Assembly (NCBI GenBank): GCA_964402825.1
Contig: CAYOEI010000294.1
Span: forward strand, 1-49,780
Direction: 5' to 3'
Length of the DNA: 49,780 bases
DNA from: an uncultured Hyphomicrobiaceae bacterium
GTDB lineage: Bacteria > Pseudomonadota > Alphaproteobacteria > Rhizobiales > Methyloligellaceae
The notes under the pieces were generated by a model. That model had not been told where the DNA came from. It saw nothing but the letters and a program-made list of their open reading frames with translations, and made no database searches. Position 1 is the first letter of the stretch, and every line of letters starts with the position of its first letter. Position numbers and translations under genes: made by a program. Below are positions 36,909 through 44,710 of the stretch, piece by piece.

Positions 36909-38894
36909 GTGATTGCCGAGACAGGCCATTTTGCATTGATACTGGCGTTGGGTGTCGCGCTGGCTCAGATGATCCTGCCAATCTGGGGCGCCCAGCGCGG
37001 CGACCTCTCTCTCATGCGTATTGGTACGACGGCGGCGCAGGCTCAATTCGTATTGCTGCTGATAGCCTTCCTTGGGCTCATGGTGGCTTACGTCACGTCG
37101 GACTTCTCATTGCTCAATGTGGTTGAGAATTCCCATTCCGCCAAACCACTGCTCTACAAGATCAGCGGCGTATGGGGAAACCACGAGGGCTCCATGCTTT
37201 TGTGGGTTCTGATTCTGGCGTTGTTTGGATGCGCCGTTGCTGTCTTCGGGCGTAACCTGCCGCCTGACCTGAAAGCCAATGTATTGGGCGTCCAGGGGAG
37301 CATATCAGTTGCTTTCCTGTTCTTTATCATCACAACGTCCAACCCCTTTGCCCGGATAGACCCTGCCCCCTTTGAGGGCAACGGGTTGAACCCAATTTTG
37401 CAGGATCCGGCACTCTCATTTCATCCCCCCTTCCTCTATGCTGGCTATGTCGGCTTCTCGATGGCGTTTTCATTCGCCATAGCAGCCCTGATAACCGGCC
37501 GTATTGACCCTGCCTGGGCGAGATGGGTTCGTCCCTGGACGCTTGCCGCATGGATGTTCCTGACCATCGGCATCGCAATGGGCTCATGGTGGGCCTATTA
37601 CGAACTTGGCTGGGGGGGCTGGTGGTTCTGGGATCCCGTCGAAAACGCCTCCTTCATGCCATGGCTTGCCGGGACCGCCCTTTTGCATTCTGCCATAGTG
37701 ATGGAAAAGCGCGATGCGCTGAAAGTCTGGACCATCCTTCTGGCAATTATTGCATTCTCATTAAGTCTGATGGGGACGTTTCTGGTGCGCTCAGGAGTCC
37801 TGACGTCAGTACATGCCTTTGCCGTCGATCCGGCCCGGGGATTTTTTATTCTAGGTATCATGATGGTGTTCACTGGTGGTGCTTTGGCGCTGTTTGCGAG
37901 CCGTGCACAGGTCTTGCGCAAGGGCGGCATCTTTGCGCCTGTCAGCCGGGAAGGAGCGCTGGTGCTGAATAATCTTTTGATCACGACCGCTTGTGCCGTT
38001 GTCTTTATAGGCACGCTCTATCCTCTGGCGCTGGAAGCGGTAACGGGAGCGAAGATTTCAGTGGGTCCGCCTTTCTTTAACCTGACATTCGGCCCACTGA
38101 TGATACCGCTTTTGATTGCCGTGCCATTCGGGCCTTTTCTAGCTTGGAAACGCGGTGATCTTCTGGGCACTTCGCAGCGTCTGATCGCGGCGCTGGCTAT
38201 CACCGGACTCGCCATTATTGCCGCCTATGCGATCTCGGGGCGCGGTCCCTGGCTTGCACCGTTCGGAATAGGTTTAGGCATCTGGGTTATTGCCGGCGCA
38301 CTGTCTGAACTGGCCTTCAGAACCAAAATGTTCAAGGCGCCGTGGGATGAAGTCTTTCGCAGGTTCCGCAATCTCCCGCGTTCTTCATACGGCATGGCGT
38401 TTGCTCATATTGGCGTCGGGGTGATGGTCTTGGGTATCGTTGCAACTACCGCTTGGCAGAGTGAAAAAATTATCGCTTTGAAGCCGGGGGAAAGTACTCA
38501 AATTGCCGGGTATGAGCTGCGCTTCGGTGGTGTTGCCCCTGCGCAGGGGCCGAATTACCGGGAGCAGATTGGGCAGATTATTGTTTCGCGTGATGGCGTG
38601 GAAGTTACACGGCTGAGCCCATCGAAGCGGCTTTACGATGCGCCTAAAACAGCCACCACAGAGGCCGGAATTCATGCGTCATGGGCTGGTGATCTCTACG
38701 TGGTGCTCGGCGATGAACTCAAGGACGGCGGATATGCCATCCGTATGTATTTCAATCCACTTGTGCGATTTATCTGGATCGGCACGCTGATCATGTTTTT
38801 TGGCGGGCTGATATCGCTGTTCGACCGCCGTTTGAGAGTTGGGGTGCCTAAGCGCGCACGAAACGCAAGCGCTGCTCCGGCTCCGGCGGAATAG
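36909..38894 (+). CDS. ccmF: heme lyase CcmF (CycK)
   Basis: 661 aa. WGGWWFWDPVENASFMPW tryptophan-rich motif. GTG start. Confidence 0.9.
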   Translation: MIAETGHFALILALGVALAQMILPIWGAQRGDLSLMRIGTTAAQAQFVLLLIAFLGLMVAYVTSDFSLLNVVENSHSAKPLLYKISGVWGNHEGSMLLWVLILALFGCAVAVFGRNLPPDLKANVLGVQGSISVAFLFFIITTSNPFARIDPAPFEGNGLNPILQDPALSFHPPFLYAGYVGFSMAFSFAIAALITGRIDPAWARWVRPWTLAAWMFLTIGIAMGSWWAYYELGWGGWWFWDPVENASFMPWLAGTALLHSAIVMEKRDALKVWTILLAIIAFSLSLMGTFLVRSGVLTSVHAFAVDPARGFFILGIMMVFTGGALALFASRAQVLRKGGIFAPVSREGALVLNNLLITTACAVVFIGTLYPLALEAVTGAKISVGPPFFNLTFGPLMIPLLIAVPFGPFLAWKRGDLLGTSQRLIAALAITGLAIIAAYAISGRGPWLAPFGIGLGIWVIAGALSELAFRTKMFKAPWDEVFRRFRNLPRSSYGMAFAHIGVGVMVLGIVATTAWQSEKIIALKPGESTQIAGYELRFGGVAPAQGPNYREQIGQIIVSRDGVEVTRLSPSKRLYDAPKTATTEAGIHASWAGDLYVVLGDELKDGGYAIRMYFNPLVRFIWIGTLIMFFGGLISLFDRRLRVGVPKRARNASAAPAPAE

Positions 38895-38898
38895 TGCT

Positions 38899-39375
38899 AT
38901 GTGGCGGCTTATTATATCGGCATGTCTGGTATTCGCGCTGCTGTTGAGCGCTCCCCCAGCTTTTTCGGTCGAACCTGATGAGATATTGCAGGACCAGGCG
39001 CTTGAGAAACGCGCGCGCGGCATTTCTCTGCTATTGCGTTGTCTTGTTTGTCAGAACCAGTCGATCGATGACTCCAACGCAGGTCTGGCCAAAGATCTGC
39101 GTATCCTGGTGCGGCAGCGTCTGACAAAGGGCGACACAGATACCCAGGTCATGGATTTTATTGTGGCGCGCTACGGAGAATACGTCCTGCTAAAGCCTGT
39201 CTTTGCCCTCCATACCCTGGTCCTGTGGCTTTCAGCACCGCTTCTTCTTCTCATCACGGTTTTCGCTATGTTCAAGTCCTACAGGCGCCGTAAAGGGGAG
39301 ATGGAATCTGCCTCCGGCAACAAACTTACGGCGGCGGAAAAACGCGAACTCAAAAAGCTGCTCAAAGAGACCTGA
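38899..39375 (+). CDS. ccmH: cytochrome c-type biogenesis protein CcmH (CycL)
   Basis: Signal peptide plus LRCLVCQNQSIDDSNA. ATG at 38899 lies just after the ccmF stop. Confidence 0.9.
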   Translation: MWRLIISACLVFALLLSAPPAFSVEPDEILQDQALEKRARGISLLLRCLVCQNQSIDDSNAGLAKDLRILVRQRLTKGDTDTQVMDFIVARYGEYVLLKPVFALHTLVLWLSAPLLLLITVFAMFKSYRRRKGEMESASGNKLTAAEKRELKKLLKET

Positions 39376-39456
39376 GGTTATATACCCTTGTCGCACTCTC
39401 CCACCTGACACATCTTAAGCTGGTGAATATTTCCTCCCACTCCTAGGAGCCGGCTT

Positions 39457-40695
39457 ATGTCCAAATCTTCCGAAAAAATCATCTTTCCCGGCAGTTCAGG
39501 CGAACTCCTTGCCGCCCGGCTTGACATGCCGCCGGGCTCCCCTCGCGCTTATGCGCTTTTTGCGCATTGCTTCACCTGCTCAAAAGATATTTTCGCCGCG
39601 GCCCGCATATCTGAAGCGCTTGTGGAGCGAGGTTTCGCCGTCATGCGGTTTGATTTCACAGGTCTTGGGGCTAGCGAAGGCGAGTTCGCAAACACCAACT
39701 TCTCGTCAAATGTGGAGGATCTCATTAAAGCAGCAGACTATCTGCGCGAAAATTACTCTGCTCCGGAAATTTTCATTGGGCATAGCCTGGGAGGCTCCGC
39801 CGTGCTGACTGCAGCGGGTCAAGTGCCCGAGGTAAAAGCGGTGGCGACAATTGGCGCACCTGCCGATGCGACGCATGTGATTCATAACTTCGGCGCCAAA
39901 ATTGATGAGATTGAAGCCAAAGGCATTGCCAAGGTGGACCTTGCCGGGCGTAGTTTCACCATCAAGAAGCAGTTCCTTGATGATCTGAAAACACACTCAG
40001 TTGAGTCGCGCGTTGCTTCGCTTAAAAAAGCGCTGCTCATATTTCATGCGCCGCGCGATACAATTGTTGGCGTTGAGAACGCTGCCGCAATATTTAAGGC
40101 GGCTAAGCATCCCAAAAGCTTCATCTCTCTCGATGATGCAGACCATCTGTTGAGCCGGCGCAGTGATGCGGTCTATGTGGCGGATGTGCTGAGCGCCTGG
40201 GCCTCACGGTTTATTTCAGCGGATGAGGTATCCAGCGTGCTGCCCTATCCAGGACCAGATGGCCAGGTGAGTGTGGCGGAAACCGGCGCCGGAAAATTTC
40301 AGGCAGAAATAGTTTCTGGCGCCCACAGGCTGCTTGCCGATGAGCCGGTAAGTTTTGGCGGTATGGATACTGGCCCGAGCCCATATGACCTTCTCTCGGC
40401 GGCTCTTGGTGCATGCACATCAATGACATTGCGGATGTATGCGGAGCATAAAGGCATCGATTTGCAGCGGGTTATTGTCCATGTCCGCCACGGCAAGGTG
40501 CACGCCAGGGATTGTGAAGATTGCGGCGAGGGCCGCGATGGAAAAATAGACCGTTTCGAGCGCGAATTGGTTCTTGAAGGCGCTATCGATGAGCCGACGC
40601 GTCAACGCTTAAGCGAGATTGCGGACAAATGTCCCGTTCATAAAACGCTCAAACAGGGCGCGGCTGTAGTGACCCTTCTGAGGGATAAAATCTGA
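39457..40695 (+). CDS. bifunctional alpha/beta hydrolase / OsmC family fusion protein
   Basis: The N-terminal half has the GHSLGG nucleophile elbow. The C-terminal ~140 aa has an OsmC-like pattern (GP.P.DLL..ALG.C..MT......A..C PVHKTL). Confidence 0.75.
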   Translation: MSKSSEKIIFPGSSGELLAARLDMPPGSPRAYALFAHCFTCSKDIFAAARISEALVERGFAVMRFDFTGLGASEGEFANTNFSSNVEDLIKAADYLRENYSAPEIFIGHSLGGSAVLTAAGQVPEVKAVATIGAPADATHVIHNFGAKIDEIEAKGIAKVDLAGRSFTIKKQFLDDLKTHSVESRVASLKKALLIFHAPRDTIVGVENAAAIFKAAKHPKSFISLDDADHLLSRRSDAVYVADVLSAWASRFISADEVSSVLPYPGPDGQVSVAETGAGKFQAEIVSGAHRLLADEPVSFGGMDTGPSPYDLLSAALGACTSMTLRMYAEHKGIDLQRVIVHVRHGKVHARDCEDCGEGRDGKIDRFERELVLEGAIDEPTRQRLSEIADKCPVHKTLKQGAAVVTLLRDKI

Positions 40696-40912
40696 GATAT
40701 CTATTTGGGTATTTGAGGGAGGGACCCTATGTACACCTTCACCAAGTGAGCGCTCACGATTTGCAATCTTACGAATTTTTAATACTCCGGAAAGTGTCGG
40801 GTAACACCCGGTATACTATTTATAACTGCAACTGAGGCACAATGCCGTGTCCTGGACAACATGCTCGAGCTGATCTGGTGTCGGCGGTGACGAAAGAATT
40901 TATGAGGTGAAC

Positions 40913-42430
40913 ATGACTGAACAATCCACGACCTCTCCTGAGGTGAAGAAGTACAAAAAACCCATTGCGTTCGTATTGGCCGGTGTGCTCGCTGCCGGGC
41001 TGTTGGGTACGGCTCTGATGCCGAATTCGCCCATCGCCATCGCTCAGACAACTGCAGTAACGCCATACGCGAATGCTCCATTTAGTTTTGCTGATCTGGC
41101 TGAAAAGGTACGCCCGGCAGTGGTGTCCATTCAGGTAAAGAATAGCGGCGGCAGGAAGAAGCACGGCCGGAAATTTGATTTCAAGGGGCCTGATCTGCCT
41201 GACGGGCATCCGCTCAAGGAGTTTTTCAAACGATACGGTGATGAAGGACCGCGCGGGCAGCGCCCGCAGCGGCGCAGAACGTCACAGGGCTCGGGATTCA
41301 TTATATCCGACGATGGGTACATTGTGACCAATCACCATGTGATTAGTGGAGGAAGCAAAATTTCCGTCATTCTGGAAAATGGCGACAAGCATGATGCCGA
41401 GATTATCGGCTCAGATGAGCGGACCGATCTGGCGCTTCTCAAGATCAAAGCGAAGAAGAAACTCCACTTCGTCAAATTTGCCGACAAAACAGCTCGGGTT
41501 GGTGATTGGGTCCTGGCCGTCGGCAATCCGTTTGGCCTTGGAGGTACGGTCACCGCCGGTATCGTTTCTGCGCATAAGCGCAACATCGGTTCCGGGCCTT
41601 ATGATTTTCTGCAGATTGATGCGGCTGTGAACCGTGGCAATTCCGGTGGTCCGGCTTTCGGTCTGGATGGCACCGTCATCGGCGTTAACACGGCGATATT
41701 CAGTCCCTCTGGCGGCAATGTTGGCATCGCATTCGCGGTTCCATCTGTTCTGGCAAAGCGTGTCATTGATCAACTCAAGAGCAACGGCAAGGTGGCGCGC
41801 GGCTGGCTCGGTGTGACTATTCAGAGTGTGGATGAGGATATTGCGGCAAGTCTTGGATTGGACAAACCAAAAGGTGCGATGGTTACCAGTTTTACCAAGA
41901 ACAGCCCAGCTTCGAAATCCGATATGGAAGTTGGTGACTTGATTGTTGCGGTCGATGGAAGCCCGATTGATGACTCGCGCGATCTTGCACGCAAAATTGC
42001 AGGCTATGCACCGAGTAATAAAGTTAACGTGACTGTCATGCGTGACGGCAAAGAGCAGGATATCACCATCAAGCTTGGCTCTTTCCCCAACAAGAAGCAG
42101 CTTGCGTCACTTCAAAAACATGACATGAAACCCTCCAGTAAAGAAATGGAAGATCTCGGCCTGTCACTAGCGCCGGCTTCTGAATTCACCTCCGGGTCGG
42201 TTGAAGAGGGCGTCGTTATCGTCGAAGTGAACCCCGATTCTGACGCTGCTGAACGAGGCCTGAAGGCTGGAGACATCATCCTTGAGGTGGCGGGCGATGT
42301 TGTTAGTGATCCTGCCGATGTCGAGAAAAGTGTTCGCAAAGCCAGAGACAAGGGTCGCCGCTCTGTCCATATGCTGGTCCGCTCGGGAGATCGGCAGCGC
42401 TTCATCGCTCTACCGCTCAAGAAGATCTAA
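40913..42430 (+). CDS. degP: Do/DegP/HtrA family periplasmic serine endoprotease with two PDZ domains
   Basis: TNHHV, DLALLK and GNSGGP catalytic triad contexts. ATG at 40913 is preceded by GAGG. Confidence 0.9.
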   Translation: MTEQSTTSPEVKKYKKPIAFVLAGVLAAGLLGTALMPNSPIAIAQTTAVTPYANAPFSFADLAEKVRPAVVSIQVKNSGGRKKHGRKFDFKGPDLPDGHPLKEFFKRYGDEGPRGQRPQRRRTSQGSGFIISDDGYIVTNHHVISGGSKISVILENGDKHDAEIIGSDERTDLALLKIKAKKKLHFVKFADKTARVGDWVLAVGNPFGLGGTVTAGIVSAHKRNIGSGPYDFLQIDAAVNRGNSGGPAFGLDGTVIGVNTAIFSPSGGNVGIAFAVPSVLAKRVIDQLKSNGKVARGWLGVTIQSVDEDIAASLGLDKPKGAMVTSFTKNSPASKSDMEVGDLIVAVDGSPIDDSRDLARKIAGYAPSNKVNVTVMRDGKEQDITIKLGSFPNKKQLASLQKHDMKPSSKEMEDLGLSLAPASEFTSGSVEEGVVIVEVNPDSDAAERGLKAGDIILEVAGDVVSDPADVEKSVRKARDKGRRSVHMLVRSGDRQRFIALPLKKI

Positions 42431-42498
42431 TGCTTGAGTGATCAGCGCGTAAGGCGGCGCGGCCTTCCCCCCGGCTGCGCCGCCATTCCTATAACCAC

Positions 42499-42530
42499 GC
42501 CAGCGCTGCAACCCTGCCAGCGCTGCAACC
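42499..42530. repeat. direct repeat GCCAGCGCTGCAACC x2 (17-bp period) upstream of the response regulator gene
   Basis: Exact 15-mers at 42499-42513 and 42516-42530, between a GC-rich hairpin after degP and the RR gene. Confidence 0.9.
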
Positions 42531-42630
42531 ATGAATTACAACAGACCCTAATTCGATGACATTGCATTCAGACAAACATGGCGGGGAATTTGTACAAGAG
42601 CTCCCCATATCTGCGCTACACTCCAAACCC

Positions 42631-43311
42631 ATGCGTGTATTGCTGATAGAAGACGATGCAGAGGCGGCGGCCTTCCTTGTAAAAGCCCTGAAGGAAGCTG
42701 GCCATATCTCTGATCATGCCGCCGATGGCGAGACAGGGCTGTCGCTGGCGGAAACGCAGATACATGATGTTCTCATCGTCGATCGCATGCTGCCGAAGCT
42801 TGATGGTCTCTCAGTCATATCGAAGCTCAGAGCCGATGGCGTTCAAACGCCAGTTCTCATTCTCAGTGCGCTCGGCGCGGTCGATGATCGCGTCAAAGGT
42901 CTTAGGGCGGGTGGTGACGACTATCTCACCAAGCCATATGCGTTTAGCGAACTTCTGGCGCGTGTCGAGGCACTGGCGCGGCGCACGGCGCCTGAAGAAG
43001 CCACCACCAATTATGTGGTCGGTGATCTGGAGCTGGACCGGCTCACTCACAAGGTTGCCCGGTCTGGTCAGCCTATTCTTTTGCAGCCGCGCGAATTCCG
43101 CCTGCTTGAATATCTCATGAAGCATGCCGGCCAGGTGGTGACTCGCACCATGCTTCTAGAGAATGTCTGGGGCTATCATTTTGATCCTCAGACTAACGTC
43201 ATTGACGTGCATATATCCAGGCTGAGGGGCAAGATTGATAAGGAATTCGATGCCCCGCTCCTGCACACAATTCGAGGCGTGGGTTACACCATCCGGGTTG
43301 AGCGTGCATAA
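42631..43311 (+). CDS. OmpR-family response regulator
   Basis: MRVLLIEDDAEAAAFL..., DVLIVDRMLP, LILSALG, GGDDYLTKPY and a winged helix. The start is either 42631 (canonical MRVLL) or the track's 42556. Confidence 0.85.
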   Translation: MRVLLIEDDAEAAAFLVKALKEAGHISDHAADGETGLSLAETQIHDVLIVDRMLPKLDGLSVISKLRADGVQTPVLILSALGAVDDRVKGLRAGGDDYLTKPYAFSELLARVEALARRTAPEEATTNYVVGDLELDRLTHKVARSGQPILLQPREFRLLEYLMKHAGQVVTRTMLLENVWGYHFDPQTNVIDVHISRLRGKIDKEFDAPLLHTIRGVGYTIRVERA

Positions 43312-44704
43312 GCTGTTTCTCACCACGACGTTTCGTCTGGCTTTGGTATTTATGGTGCTCTTCGGTGCCGCTGCATCAGGTGCAATCGGGTACATATACT
43401 GGCACACCAATGTCCTGCTGTCGCGTCAGCTGGAGCAAACCATTCAAGCGGAAATCCAAGGACTGGCCGAGCAATACAACTCCGGGGGAATGTCCAATCT
43501 CACCCGCACCATCGCCAACCGCTCCCTGACGCCTGGAAACAGCCTTTATCTTGTCACTGACCGGTGGGGCGAGCGCGTAGCTGGCAATCTGACCTCGGTT
43601 TCCGAGGGCCTGTGGAACAGCGCGGGGCGTGTTGAATTTGTCTATGATCGGCCCGGACGCAAAGGGACAGAATCCCGCCTTGCACTGGTCAACGTTTTTC
43701 GATTGCAGGGCGGGTTCCGGCTGATTGTTGGGCGTGACATTGAGGATCGACGGGTTTTTGAACGCGTGGTGCGCACCGCGTTCTTTCTCGGTCTGGGTTT
43801 CATGGCGCTGGTCGGGCTTGGAGGAGGCTGGCTGGTTAGCCGAAGTCTGCTGGCGCGTATCGACGCGGTGACGGCGACAAGCCAGACGATCATGACTGGA
43901 GATCTTTCAGGGCGCGTGCCTGTTGTAGGATCTGGCGATGAACTCGACAGGCTGTCGGAGAACCTGAATGCCATGCTGGAGCGCATTGAGCAGCTCGTGG
44001 AGGGAATGCGGGAAGTTTCAGACAATATCGCTCATGACCTCAAGACGCCATTGAACCGCCTACGCAACCGAGCCGAAGCTGCGTTGCGTGAGCAAGGCGG
44101 GGCAAAGACCTACCGGGTTGCCCTCGAACGCACAATTGATGAAGCTGACGATCTCATCAAAACCTTCAACGGACTGTTGAGCATTGCCCGGATGGAGGCT
44201 GGCGCAACCAGCGGGGCGATGGAGGAAATCGATGCCGGTGCGTTAATTCGTGATGTCGTCGAACTCTACGAACCGGCAGCGGAAGACCGGGGGCTGTCTT
44301 TAACGGCCGATACGCCTGAAGGCGTCCATTTTACCGCCGACCGGCAACTGATAGGCCAGGCCCTGGCTAATCTGATCGACAATGCAATCAAATATGCTGG
44401 CGATGACGGTAAGGGCGGCGAGATCGATATCTCGGCAGCCAGTACAGATACCGGGGTAGAATTATCGGTTGCTGACCAGGGCCCTGGCGTACCGGAAAAA
44501 GACCGGAATCGTGTATTGAAACGCTTTGTTCGCCTTGAAGAAAGCCGTTCACGCCCTGGAAGCGGTCTCGGCCTTAGCCTTGTAGCGGCGGTTGCCGGGT
44601 TGCATGGGGGCGAGGTACGGCTCGAAGATAATAACCCAGGTCTGAGAGCAGTGTTGTATTTCCCGCTCAAGTCAAACCACAATGGCATATCCGGTATGCG
44701 CTAA
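43304..44704 (+). CDS. HAMP-domain sensor histidine kinase
   Basis: GTG at 43304 (GTGCATAA overlaps the RR stop). IAHDLKTPLNRL, LANLIDNAIKYA, VADQGPGVP, GSGLGLSLV. Confidence 0.85.
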   Translation: MHKLFLTTTFRLALVFMVLFGAAASGAIGYIYWHTNVLLSRQLEQTIQAEIQGLAEQYNSGGMSNLTRTIANRSLTPGNSLYLVTDRWGERVAGNLTSVSEGLWNSAGRVEFVYDRPGRKGTESRLALVNVFRLQGGFRLIVGRDIEDRRVFERVVRTAFFLGLGFMALVGLGGGWLVSRSLLARIDAVTATSQTIMTGDLSGRVPVVGSGDELDRLSENLNAMLERIEQLVEGMREVSDNIAHDLKTPLNRLRNRAEAALREQGGAKTYRVALERTIDEADDLIKTFNGLLSIARMEAGATSGAMEEIDAGALIRDVVELYEPAAEDRGLSLTADTPEGVHFTADRQLIGQALANLIDNAIKYAGDDGKGGEIDISAASTDTGVELSVADQGPGVPEKDRNRVLKRFVRLEESRSRPGSGLGLSLVAAVAGLHGGEVRLEDNNPGLRAVLYFPLKSNHNGISGMR

Positions 44705-44710
44705 AGCACG

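Noticed and set aside
43235-43303. Track start of the second histidine kinase, 77 nt inside the response-regulator gene
   Set aside because: An in-frame GTG at 43304 forms the common stop/start overlap (GTGCATAA) and begins right at the first TM segment.
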